This document shows positions 40,506 to 53,369 of a stretch of DNA of 64,000 nt, piece by piece (the first letter of the stretch is position 1; each line of letters opens with the position of its first letter). This DNA is from Harriotta raleighana. Its lineage: Eukaryota. Below the pieces are notes generated by a model, which worked only from the letters and a program-made list of their open reading frames with translations, did no database searches and had not been told where the DNA came from. A program made the translations under genes and the position numbers. Location of the stretch: positions 1,462,751 through 1,526,750 of the forward strand of contig JBNZDD010013687.1 of the NCBI GenBank assembly GCA_050575255.1, given 5' to 3'.

Positions 40506-42367
40506 ACTTCATTAGGAGAGAAGTGATTTGAAGGGTTACAAATTATGTCACCCTCAGTCTTCTCTTTTCAAGACAGAAATGCCCAAGGGTAGAGAAAATT
40601 AGCTGTTCCCCCAAAATGAAAGGCACTATACCAAATGTAAGGATTATTATTCTCTCTGTGGATTGTAAGGTTATCCTAATTTGATATTGGTAGTAGAATC
40701 CGTGAGTCTGTAATTCAATGTTTAATACATTAAGCATGAATTGAACAGGATTCAAAATGTACAATAAGTAATCTGCATGGAATTTACCAACAATCAACTA
40801 TCTAAAGGCTCTCTAATATTGGCAGTAATTATGTTTGTAAGTGTGTTCTAAGATTTGGATTACCTAATTATTTAAAACAAACACGTGTGTGTCTTTAACA
40901 ACATCTTCATGAGGATTGCCGATGATTTATCTTGAAGTGAAGTAGAAACGGGCCAAGGGCTAACCATTCTTAGGATTCATTGCCCTTATTGTTTAAAGTG
41001 ACAATGTAAGAATAGTTCCTACAGTGCATAATAACTGTTGGAAAAGTATCATCCAATTTGGAAAATTAGGCATTTTAAATGTTGAAAAAGATGGCTTTCA
41101 AGTATCACCACATGTGGCTGGCCTTTCAGAATCTTTTTGTCATTTCTGAGGCTATAAATGGAGCCAGAAGACTGCTGGGAACTGATGCTAGTATCAAAAC
41201 ATTATTTTGCCAGATACATTTCAGAAACATCTTGAAGACTGTATCTCTGAATAGGAATGTGTTTTTTTTAAAAAAAATCTGTTGCATCTATCGTATTTAA
41301 GAAACAACACAAGGAGAATATTTTTTCAATAAATGCTGAGAGAAAGTGTTACCAAATTACCATTTAGAAATAAGAGAAAGATCTGATGCTTCTTAGCGCT
41401 ACATGAATTGATCAGGTATTTGTTCAGATACACACCTAAAACAGTTTATATCAAACAGCAATATCTGAAAGCTGTTTTACTCATGAAAAAGGTGCAGATA
41501 ATTACTTTAAAGTGAAAACATACAATGGATAACTGCACAAAATAAAAAAATCCATCATACTATAACAGATAAATCATTCTGGATTAGATTAAAACAAATT
41601 GTAACCCCATTTGCGTCAGATGCCATCTACTATCATAGGAACTAGTTGGAATAGGGTTAAGTTTCTCTATGAATAAAACCCAGGAGAATGTCTGTATATT
41701 TGTAATGACTTCAAAAGCACCCAAGACAAAGACTGATCATCTCTGTCAAAAATATGCGCATAAATTAAAAAGGGTCACTGGAATTAATAGGAATGTGTGT
41801 GAGGATTACAAAAGCTATAAAAGTGCCACGATCATTCCTGGTAAATTGTGTCACCTACATTTATTTACATTTTTCAGCTGAAAATACAACATGTTGAGGG
41901 GTTTTAGAGGGAAGGCAGTTTCTGAATAAGATATTTGAGCCGGTCTGAAAATGATGCCCCAAAATCCTCAAGAATATCTGAAACTGGATAAGAATTTGAA
42001 AAAAAAACATGTCCCTGAATTTTTTAAAAAAAGCTCTTGTTCAACAAAACTGATTTTTCAATCACACCCAAAGGACCTGTGTGATCTCATTTTGAAACAA
42101 GTGTGACTGCTACAAATTATCATATACAGTACCACAGTAAAGAAAAAGGACATGTCCACATGCTTTGTGGTTCCCTGGGGCTTTTTATTTGCACAGATAG
42201 CAGGGAAATGAATTAGCAAATATGTTTAATGATAGAGCATATTGCTCTTTTTTTCACCCTCTTAGTATTTGTAGTTTGCAAAACCACCACATAACACCCA
42301 GAATAAAAATATGGTTAAGCATTTCTAATGCTTAATTAGAAATTAAGCATTACAACCAGAACTGAAA

Positions 42368-42450
42368 CACTGACTGTCCATCGCCTTGGGATGTCCTCCC
42401 AACGCGAAACCCGCTATACAGATATAATTTTGTTGTTGTTATTGTTGTTA
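42368..42450 (+). mobile_element. L2 tail
   Basis: CACTGACTGTCCATCGCCTTGGGATGTCCTCCCAACGCGAAACCCGCTATACAGATATAATTTTGTTGTTG. Confidence 0.75.
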
Positions 42451-44122
42451 AAACACAAAACTACAGAAAGAGAAATAATTTTATAGCTTTTTAAGTCTTG
42501 CCCACCAATAAATGGTGGGTTGGGTGGGTCGGGAGACGTGGAATAGGCTGGAACCTCCTGATCTACACAAGTGTCATTTTGTTGTTGTTGTTTATCTTTC
42601 TTCCCTACTTTTGGTAATTATTTCACCCAGTTGGGTTTCTCACCTTCATATCATTGGTCCATTTCCAATCAGGAAGCTCAAACTAGAAGCCTACTTCTAA
42701 CCATGCACCAATACAGTCTAAGACAGAGACCTTGGTTGAAGACAAGGCTTTCCTTCTGCTAGACCAGCAAAGCTCTAGAAGCTACATGAAGGGAAGCATA
42801 CCAATTTTCTAACACTGCCAAAACAGTTATTCTCTAAAAAGATTAACATTTATAGAATATATTTTACTCATTATTTTCATTTTGTGCTCATCGAAGTAAT
42901 GGCCAATGGAATATTTAGATTCACCATTTTGCTCCCAGTTCAATCCAGACCATGGGTCTACAGGTTGTATAGGGGGTGAATCTTCTCTGCACTGAAATCA
43001 TTTATTTCTTTCAAACTTTTATTTATGTATACAAAATGCCACTGCAGTGCTCCAAAGCATCCTAACATACATTGTATTCTAAAGTTAATTTCAAAGGCAT
43101 TATTACTTAATTGGTGCATTTAATACTTCATTAATCTTAAGAAATATTCAGTCAAAGGCAATTAAAATGCAAAGGCCTAATAACCTAAACTGGACAGAAA
43201 GCTTCCAAATCTTGGTGCGATTGCTTATTGCTTGTTAAATTAGACTTTGATAATAAAAATATAATAATAACTTTCACTTGACACAGAACCTATAATATTG
43301 AAATATCTCAAAGTACTCTAAAGGCAATTGATGTCAAGTATAGTAACTATGTGTATTCATAGGCAAATGTTTTGGCAAAGGAAGTTCAAACAGACTTGGA
43401 GCTATCGGGCTCGTAGGAACAAATTACTTTTTAGTGTCTAATGCTCTTTGTGGACAGTTGTTTCCCCAATGACATGTGCCATGAATGAGAATTTGTTTGT
43501 ACCATACTATGAAATGAGCCCCTAATGAGAGCACAGCCTGACACTGAAGTCTATGTATTGTACAATCATGAGAATACACATATAGTATGCCCTTATATTA
43601 CAATTGCTATATTTCTGTAAGCGTAATAATAGGTATGAAGTCTTCAAAATGTAGGCATCAATGGGCAAAATTAATTGCAACAATTGTGTGCACAAAGGAG
43701 TGATTCTGGTATGTAATTTTCCATTCTTGTGAATGTTGCATGCACATTTTTAAGCACAATGAATGTCGACAAGCATCGTTTCTGGAAATGTTCACAGCAC
43801 AGCAGAAAAACTTTACAATAAAGCCCTCAAAATGTTTCTGGTGGCTCGTGTCATTACCACACTACTAGAAATGTTTCACTGCAGACGGGCAAGGTGGTGT
43901 TGCTCCTCTGTCCATTGCCATTTCAGGAATAATAACTCATATTGTGCATCAAGGAACCATGCTAGGTCACATTGAATCACAGCTCCAAGGATGTTTCATG
44001 AGAAACTGTTGCACATTGGCTTCCCTCTTCAATGGTTCGTTCACTTTCTCTTAAAAATAAACCTTTTCCTCCCATAAGATATAGATTCTACAGCACTCAA
44101 ATAAAATCCATCCACACAAATT

Positions 44123-44190
44123 ATAGCGCCTTGGGACATCCTCCCAACGTGAAACGCATTCTAAAAATGCAATCTTGTTGTTGTTGTTAT
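44123..44190 (+). mobile_element. L2 tail
   Basis: AGCGCCTTGGGACATCCTCCCAACGTGAAACGCATTCTAAAAATGCAATCTTGTTGTTG. Confidence 0.75.
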
Positions 44191-45249
44191 CCTGTTGTAT
44201 TTGTTCAAAGCTAGAATTGCAATTTAAATTTGCTTAAGAGTATGAAAAAAAACTTTTAGTATTGCTGTTCTGTCATTCTGTTCTGCTCCACTTTCACAAC
44301 AGGTTCCAAATGGATTGTTAAAAGAAAGCTCATGGCACAGATTTGCTTTCAACTGTTGGTTTGATTTTGTTACTTAGATAATTTCTATAATTTCAATGGT
44401 TATTTCCCCAATTAACCCACACTTTCATGCCTTAAAAAGTTAATCTGAACCACTGAGGGAGGAATCAGTATATCTGTAACTGTTTCTGATTTAAACAAAT
44501 GAGGAGAGGATCTAGCTCATAATTTCACTAGGAAATGGCATTTAAATAGGGTTATTACTTGTCTCAATCAAACAAATATATTTGCATTATTTAATACAGT
44601 AGATGTCCTCTGGCAATTGAACAATTATTCTGCAGTTACTGTATTATTTGTTGTTGTTTTTTTCCTTTTTGAAATATCATAACCTATTTATTACATTGGC
44701 CTCTATTGATAAAATAACACAGCGCCTAGGTTTAAGAATAATTTAAAATTGTCCAACTAGCAGTAATGTAAACACAGAAAATCTCCGAACTAAGGTCCAG
44801 GCTATCGTATAGCCTGTGTCTTTTAAACATGAATATTCAGCCTTTTGTCGGGTTTTAATAGCATCATGCAATTAAACTTTGATGAAAGAGTAATTATTTT
44901 TGTGTGTGCTCGTGGACAGAAGAGTCCACAGAGAAGACCATTTCACGTTATAAAATAATGCTATACAGTTGGGACTAGCCTACACTCATCAGAGAAAGCG
45001 AAAACCTGGGGAGCTTTAGAAATGAGACAATGGCAAATGTGGCTTGTAAATTGAATAACAGTATTCCTTTCATCTGTTTACATCCAATTATGTCTCTTGA
45101 TACCTTCAGTACCTTAGTTTGTTTTTATCTACAGAGAAGCTCAAAAGATTGCTGAATTAGATTCACATAACAGTGTCACAAACATGGTGTATGCCATGTC
45201 AGGTGAGGGCACCGGGCAATCAAATAGGGAATAACATCTGGGGAAACAC

Positions 45250-45390
45250 TCCTCAGTTCTGATGAAAGGTCATGGACCCGAAATGTGGACTCACTTTCCT
45301 CTCTCAATGGATGCTGCCTGACCTGCTGAGTTTCCCCAGCAACTTCTGTGTTTGTTTCAGGTTCCCAGCATCTGTAGTATTTTGTGTTTT
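45250..45390 (+). mobile_element. Penelope-like (PLE)-derived short repeat carrying a degenerate type I hammerhead motif
   Basis: CAGTT-CTGATGA-AAGGTC-ATG-GACCC-GAAA-TGTG-GACTC, then GATGCTGCCTGACCTGCTGAGTTTCCCCAGCA...CCAGCATCTGTAGTATTTTG, recalled as a common chondrichthyan repeat. Confidence 0.7.
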
Positions 45391-46899
45391 GTTTAATCAA
45401 AGAATAGGGTTCTTCCATCAAGTCCCTAATGAAATAGGCACAACTGGATTCAGTGACTATTATCAGTTATTGATGATTGCTAATAAAGCTGAACTAGTGA
45501 GAATTGTAATTTTCCCAACAATTTTAAAATAGCAATATTGGGAATGTCTCTTTACAAATATTTCCATTAAAATTATACAGAATCCGCAACAAAAATAAAA
45601 CAGAAATACATTATTTCCTGTTATGAAAAAGCATGGTGTAATTACTTTACAAACCAATAGTATTTTGTACTCTGCAGATAAACTTACCAGTATTATTGAC
45701 ATCTTTGCAGCCAGATATCAATATACTGTACTATTTCTTTTCAATGTACTTAACTAATTGCAAACAAATTGGGGTCATTCTGCTCTGTAGAAAATTCACT
45801 CAAATGTTCTACTAGTAAATGTACAACAGCCCAGCACACAGCAGTGAATTTCCAACATTTACCAAACTGAACAGAATAAACTCTACATATTTCGTTTGAT
45901 TCACAAAAGTTAGTTTTACCAGCCAGTTTTATATTGTCTGAAATATTTTACAAAATTAAGATTTGGGTTCAGTCGTTTAAACAAATTATCTATGTGCAAA
46001 GTAAAGTTTATATAAACTGCTGTACAAAGTGTTCTTGTTATGGAAATGGCAAAAAAAAAGTTCCATCTCTAAGAGACAAAAAAATGCCATGTGTACATGT
46101 ACACACAGGAATTATTGCTCTAAATATTTTAAGGAAACCAATAAAAAATTGGGGCATTGGTTCATCCTACACCATTGGGCATTCCTGGCATAGACCATTT
46201 AATCAATAGTCCAGACTTCTCAATCTCCTCTATGAAGGAAGCTGTAAAATATATAAGTATAATCAGTGGGAGATTTCAACGAAGAAAAAGATAAGGTTGA
46301 ATTTAGAAAAAGTAGATCATAAACTGGATCAAAATGTTATTCATAAATTTTACTTTTAATCCCAGTTTTTTGTCTCTCATTCCTGACAACAGCTGCTTGA
46401 CACCTAAGTCTCCTTCAATCACATAGGAAGGGTAATCTTACCTGAGTAACATGAATTTTTTTTGAATAAGATGAATGTTGTTCATTCAACAGAAGGTGTA
46501 CCTATTGCAGGATTTGACGTCCGGGTAGATTTCCCTCCCACCCAGATGGATCATTCCATTGCTGCATGCTCCACCTAGCAGCCCATCTGAGAACTGATCG
46601 AATAACCCCCCAAAGCAGCAGGCAGACTCGAGTGTCAAGTAAAGCTACAACTCTGACCAAAACAGCCCGGCTAGGAAGCAGGCATTCACCAGGCAAAAGG
46701 CTGACTTTAAATCAGTACATGTTCATTTAAAAATAACATATGGAATACACTGAATATTACAATATATACATTTTATGGAAGTTACATATATTTTCCCATG
46801 CTACATTTACATCTTAACATAACACTGTATGTATATTTGTAAACACAGCAGTAAACTGATCAGCATTCCTCATGTTCGAACAATGATCTGCTTCGAACA

Positions 46900-47150
46900 A
46901 TGACCCTCCTTTTCGACCATGCCATCGGTCACCCTCTCTTCACTCTGCCCACTCCAATCCCGACCTCAGCTCGGGTCCAAACCACTGACTGTCCAGCACC
47001 TTGGGAGTCCTCCCAACGTGAAATGTGTAAATATACAGTCAATTCACTCTACAGTATATTCTGTGAAGTGTTTTGAGATGTCGATAAGATGTGAAAAGCA
47101 CTATATCAAATGCAAGGATTATTAGAATACAAATGTAATTTTGTTGTTAC
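46900..47150 (+). mobile_element. L2 3' end with a SINE tail nested inside it
   Basis: L2 ...CCAGCACCTTGGGAGTCCTCCCAACGTGAAA, then SINE ATATACAGTCAATTCAC...AAATGCAAGGATTATTA, then L2 TACAAATGTAATTTTGTTGTT. Confidence 0.75.
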
Positions 47151-48680
47151 TTTGTGTCAATTATTATTTTCTTTTTGATATTTCCATATGGAAGGTATTA
47201 ATGTTTCACTGTATTCACAAATAATGGCAAAACATATACCTTTATGATCTGGAATTACTTTACATTAAAAAAGCATCAAAGTACACTTCATCATACAATT
47301 CGCACAGGTTCATTCGGATCCATACATTCCGCATGTTTCCATTATTCCATCCTTGGTATCTTATGAATTTTACTTGGATTTTATTGTTCACAAATAATTT
47401 GTACATTAATCTAGTTATATGTACATCCATGAATGATACCACTGTATGTATCAAGAACAGTAAATAATAAATAAGGCACAAAATTTATGCAGTCAATATA
47501 TTGCTGTTGGAAGCAGAGTTGGAGTCAGACTTTTTTTCTTAATTCAACCAATATAAATTTCATTGTACTAGCAGATCTGCTACACAAACAGCAAATATTT
47601 ACAGCAATGACAATACAAAACACAAAAGATTAATATTTCCTTACAGAGTGGTGAACAGCTGATTAAAGATATCACATGTAGTTGCATAGGTGTCCAATAA
47701 ACTGAAATATGCTTTTTTTCATTTCTACAATGTACAATTGAAACAAAGGTTTGGTTTTCCTATGTGCTCTCTCTTTAAGTATCCATCGACAGAACAGAAA
47801 CAATCTTGTGCACCATTGCCTTTTTCACCAATTACATAACTTTGAGTTGCCCGATACACAATTCATTAAATACGCCTCAAGCATTATTTTCACTTTCAGC
47901 TTTTTCTTTCAAAATAAAAATCAAACATTTATGAAGAATTATAATTCATTTCCCCATCCTCTTTGCCTTTTCAAAACTGATTTGTTCAGATCAGTTGTGC
48001 TTCTGAATAATTTTAGTTGATAAGAAAGTATTGATTTTGAAATTATTTGGAAGAATAATTATTTGGCCTTGCCTCTTAAGGATATTGCCTTCTTGGGTAT
48101 ACCATCGGTTCAAGCCTACATTACTTGTTGTATGTTAATATGTACAAACTGATGGTCTTTATCATGGAGATACCTGCAGTGGCAGAAAGTTCTATAAGGT
48201 GAACACCCTAAAGTTTAATTCAATTGAAAATCATTCAAAGTGTATTGTACTCCAGATAGAAATATAATAGACTGGAATTGTGAAGTGGAAAAGTGGAATC
48301 TCTTGCACATAGCTGATTCTGGCAATTATAGCTAAGGTATAGTAGCAATTAATACAGGTACTAAAGTTTATTTATCGTGAGCATGGTCAGCGGTTAATAT
48401 TTTACAGTTTTCATTCACATTGATTCTATTCATAGTAAATACCATCCTAGCATCTTATCTAGTCTGGAGAGCAATCTGTGTATTTACACTAAGCAAAGGT
48501 AGGATTTCATGTATATATTTTGACAGATTGGCATTTTATAATTTAGTCAAGGTAGTTAACATCAAATGTGGGATCTCCCCTTGGAGATCTTCTGGTAGAG
48601 AATATAGAAAACCTCCATTAAATTAATACAGAATTTAGGTAGCATCCATTATCAGGGAATATGAGCAAGCAAAGATAAAG

Positions 48681-48724
48681 ATAAAAGTAGTCTACTGTTT
48701 CTATCTTGAGTAGACTACTTTTAT
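48681..48724. repeat. Perfect inverted repeat, 16-bp arms, 12-nt loop
   Basis: ATAAAAGTAGTCTACT-GTTTCTATCTTG-AGTAGACTACTTTTAT. Confidence 0.95.
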
Positions 48725-49435
48725 TGGTAAGTGCATTTTCCCTTTTATAACTGCAGAATTGTAGATTTAAGGTTTAAGCAATGTGGGAGAAAAATTAGAT
48801 ATTATTTGAACACCTGCACATTAGAACAACTTTGCCATTATTTAAGGGAATTATACCTACCCATAAAATGATGCCCATCTTCATTCTCAATGCCAATTTT
48901 TTTTGCTTCCCTTATTGTGCTATACATTTTTTAAATTGTTGATTTTATTACTGTTATTCTGGACTTCATGTAGGATAAACCATTAGTACTGCAGTGCCAT
49001 TCAGCAATTCCACATGTGCTAACTACTCCCAACTAAATCCCATAGCTAAGACTTACTAGTTCTGTCATGTCATGACATACAAGGCATTATCTAATGTTAT
49101 GACATCCTCCATGAATCCTTGACAATAAAGGTATAGTGAACACCACCAGTGCAAGAAATAAACACCCATCTGCCTGTCCAGGACAGGCAAAAATATGCTG
49201 GGACAGACACAGATTTATTGTAACCCTGTCCCCAAGGCACATATGTCAGAACCTCATTATTTAACTTAAGATCATGTCACAAAGAACACGATAAAGACTA
49301 CTGCAACAGAGTTTGACTCAAATGTGATTTGAGAAGGCAACAATTTGGCCTGTTGTGAAACTATTTGAGATGTCTTTGTATTTGAAAGCATTTTGATCGT
49401 TATTTAGGCAGGTAGAATTTAATTCAAATAAGCGA

Positions 49436-49511
49436 TTGCTTCCCCATACCTGGTATGGTATGGGGAAGCAACACCATTGCTATTCCCTATGAGGTTTGCT
49501 ATTCCCTATGA
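49436..49511. repeat. Perfect inverted repeat (15-bp arms) followed by a 16-bp direct repeat
   Basis: TTGCTTCCCCATACC-TGGTAT-GGTATGGGGAAGCAA (49436-49471); TTGCTATTCCCTATGA at 49477 and 49496. Confidence 0.95.
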
Positions 49512-50169
49512 TTTCTCTCATTTATACTCTGTCAGCTTTTAACATTTGAAATTTAAGCTTTTCTATCTCTTCAATCTGCTTCTTTTGAACCTTAATTGCT
49601 TCTTACTCTTGGTGCAGTTTTATCGTACCGAGTGCTTCACTATTTAAAGTGTGATGCAACACAGCAGCTATGGTGATTACAATTGAGTAAGGAAAGCAAA
49701 ATTTTGCTTACGTGTATCGAAATGGAAGTGCTGCTTATGAGCTTCTAGCTGCAAGCAACTTTTCAAATAGCCAAAAAGAAACACTTTTCATTCATTTGAA
49801 AAGAGGGGGACATAACAGCCATGGTTCCTGCTGTTCCTCAAAGCTATTCATCCCCACGTAGACACCCACACACAGAGAAAGTGTTTATGTGTTAATGACA
49901 GCAAATGAGGATAAGATGAGGACTGGCTCTGAGAATAACACTACTATTGCTACAATGCAATCCCATTTAAATTGAGCAAGTTGAGCAAGGTGTGTGTCTG
50001 TACATACCCCTGAAACTATAGCCAAGCAAACACCAAGAAAGGAGAGACAAAATTAAGTTTCAGGAAGCAAAGTTGTAGGTTCTGAAGGAGCTGTTGGATG
50101 AGTTAAATATATAACATTCTTTCCATCACTTCTTTTGAATATCCAGTTTACCCTAGCAAAAATATTATC

Positions 50170-50325
50170 CTTTTTCGACTGTGCCTTCAGGCACTCTCTG
50201 CCCTCCCTCATCCCAACCCTGCACACCCCTCCTCCATGCTTGGGTCCTGGCCCCTGAATGTTCAGCACGTGGATGTCCTCCAGACGTGAAAAGCACTTTA
50301 CAAATGTAATTTTGTTGTTGTTGTA
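50170..50325 (+). mobile_element. L2 3' end
   Basis: TTTTCGACTGTGCCTTC, a C-rich UTR, then TGTTCAGCACGTGGATGTCCTCCAGACGTGAAAAGCACTTTACAAATGTAATTTTGTTGTTG. Confidence 0.75.
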
Positions 50326-51434
50326 TCCTATGGTCTCTCTGATAATACAGTATTAGGAAAAGGTAGCCCTCTCTGCACACAGAACTTTACCTTTATTATA
50401 TCCCTTTCATTGGTCTTGAGATGCTTTCATTCTTGTACATTTTGGATGTTCATTTATTATTCATTGCCTATTGCAGGTCATTCTCAGCAACATTTTTTGG
50501 GCGTATATGGGGCTGTTCTTTAACACCCAATAGAGCACTATCACTTAGTGTTATCACTGTTTGGACATATGTACCTTAATTTCCACGAATAAGCAGGGCA
50601 GAGCCTGATTGGTTTTACCTGTAGAATTTAATATTGAGCTCTTGAGATGCCCCCTAGCATTGAGGGCCTATATAAATGAAAGTTGTTGTACAAACAGTAT
50701 TAAAATGCCGTGAACCTGGGCACTCATGAAACATGAACCATTGTAACATTTATGCAAGTTAGTCAATATTTTAGTGCTACACTGTTGTCAGTAACATGTT
50801 AGTTTCTCTTTCTTCATACAAATATGTTCAGTTGTTAGTACATGTAGCATATGGCAAAGCGCTGAAATATAATAACCTAATAACATTTGATATTTTTTTT
50901 CAGTTCCAAAGGAATTTACTTGGTAAACCTCAGAATACATATTTTATTAACATTTGCTACCAATCAATTAGTCTGTGGGAACTTGCTTGTTGTTTTATAA
51001 ACAGTTTTATTCTCATTACTTTATAATCTTAATTTAAATGGAATTGCATTGCAGCAACATTATTGCAATGTGTTTAATGCAGCAATATTGTATCATAGAA
51101 TTGTTTTGATTGAACTGACAACTGTTATTCTGTACTGTACTATTATAATTATTAAACATGAATATGAAAAAATGTCCTTTTGAATGAAAGTTCAATGCAT
51201 TTTATTATTCAGTAGTCTTAAATGTGTTAATGTTACAGTGCAGTCATGAAGTCTTATGTCTTTGCATTAAGGCCCTTTTGGTAATAAGTATGAACAAACC
51301 ACTCAAATTTATCACTCAGCTGATTTTCCACAGTCCCTGATGGCAATTTATCATCGAAAGCAAATTAAGTCATTCAATGGTAAGTAATGGCAAGTTAGAC
51401 GAAAGTGTGCAAATCTGGAGAGTGGATGAACCGT

Positions 51435-51846
51435 GAGCTGGAATAGTGTCTTTCACATCTAGGAGCAGTTTTAATTCAGCCTAGATTGAGGGCATGAAAG
51501 TTTCCTATATAATGGTAATGGCCCTATGCAAAATGTATTTGTACAGTTTCAACTCAATTCTTAGGGAATTGTACCTTGAGCAAAAAAATTCTCGAAATTA
51601 GCATTAAATTGGTAACCTCTCTCTGAGAGAGGGCAGAAGTGGAAATGGAAATGTTCAATAGAGGTGCTCTTTTTAATGTTGGGAGTTTACGAAAATTGCT
51701 GGGCAGTATTCAATGAACTTTACCCTGCGTCTAGCCTGTGCCTTAACTGACCTGGGAGTGATTGATGATGACACTGGGTGCAAAAATATTACGTTGTTCC
51801 ATTCCCCATCATTGACATCCTTCACCCTGATGAGCACAAAAATTCA
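51435..51846 (+). mobile_element. Near full-length, diverged LF-SINE-like element
   Basis: Collinear blocks resembling the recalled LF-SINE consensus: TTTCACATCTAGG, AATTCAGCCTAGATTG, GGCCCTATGCAAAATG, AATTAGCATTAAATTGGTAACC, TAGAGGTGCTC, ATTGCTGGGCAGT, CTGTGCCTTAACTG, GATGAGCACAAAAATTCA; length ~410 bp. Confidence 0.6.
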
Positions 51847-52997
51847 TCCTTAAAAAAAAATGGAGTAATCATGCAAATGATTTCCACCTTAACAAATGGA
51901 AATGAACCACTTGGCTTTTGTTAACGATCATAGTTCATGGCACTCAAGAAGCAATGTGGGGGAAAAATAAGCCTTCAAAGCAATGTTTCACAGATATAAG
52001 AACGGTATATCTTTAGACAAATGTTTGGCCGCAAAACAATAACTTTAGGTGCTGAAATAGCGATACTACATGACTTTAAAAAAATAAGTGAAGTGTTCAC
52101 ATTACCAGGGATGCTGTGCAATATAAACAGTTGAATTATCTTATCAGGGCAACATTATTAAAGGTAGCCTATAAAGATTTACAAAGGAAGCCTGAGGGTG
52201 GAAATGTGCCACCTAGGAAAAAATGACAGATGCTGAATAGAGAGTGACACTAATTTTAACAATGTGAGGGAGAAGCAAGCATCATCCTTGGATTGCAGAT
52301 GATTTGTAATATTTTGTGATATCGTATTGTTCACTGCATACAAATGTCAACCACAGGTAATTTTGGATTGGCATGATTTTATACAGCATATTGTAACAGA
52401 TGCATAATATTCAATATCCACTTGTAGCTGTGTCTTCAAAGAACTTATCGTCATATCTGAGGAGAAGGAAGGTGAGCCAAAGAATCTGAGGGAAAAAAAG
52501 AAATGCAATCCCCCAGCATCAGAAATCAAAGCATTGTAGACTATAACCTAGCCAGGTAAAGGAATGTCGGACGTTAATTACATTAAGGATCATTCCGTGT
52601 ACTACTTTATAAAAATATAAGGGCACATCTCCCTTTACCATTCTCAAGGCATGAGACCAAACCACAAATATTATGAATGGCCTACAGACCTACTTTTAAC
52701 AATGTTCATGGATTTGTGCATACCAAATGCTAACGATAGTTGTGCATTCCTCAAGCAAAGCCTTTGGAATTCTACTCTGATGTAACTAGAAATAGATCAT
52801 GTCAAACCAAAGTTCCTATGGCTCAGTGTAGTACACATCTAGTATCAGAATTCAATATTTACATTATCTTTGTGAATAAATGTAAACTGACATGGCACCA
52901 TTGGATGTGCAAGTAGCTAAAGGCTAATTATACTGCTCTGCCACCTGTATCATTTAGCTACATGGATCATGAATGTTTTCTTCTGAGTACTTTAGAG

Positions 52998-53369
52998 ATA
53001 ATAATAATAATCCTTGCACTCGATGTAACCCCTTACCATGTCTTCTAGACATCTCAAAGTGCTTCACAGAATATACTGCAAAGGGAATTGACTGTGTGTT
53101 TTGTGGGTGAAGTGTGGCAATGTTCCACAAACAGTCATGACTACTTAAGTGACCACTTTTTTAAAAAAAATTATAATTTGTTTTTAAGGAATTATTTACC
53201 CCAAAAAAAGCAATGTGCCAATTGACTAACAACCGGGTTCCTAGTTACTGCTAGATAAACAGAGTCATGTGGAGTAAGGAAACATGCCCAACATTTTGCC
53301 CTGCCCGGGAATCAAATCCAGGTTCTCTTGCTTTCAAGGCAAGTGCTGTAACCATTAAGCTGCAAGACT
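52998..53369 (-). mobile_element. Full-length tRNA-derived SINE
   Basis: The reverse complement has head GCAGCTTAATGGTTACAGCACTTGCCTTGAAAGCAAGAGAACCTGGATTTGATTCCCGGGCAGGGCAAAATGTTGGGC and the shared tail. Confidence 0.85.

Noticed and set aside
8445-50325. Recurring ~50-bp motif (AGCGCCTTGGGACGTCCTCCC...) suggesting an array
   Set aside because: Copies are kilobases apart, on both strands and diverged; they are dispersed L2 tails in a eukaryotic genome, not a CRISPR or tandem array.
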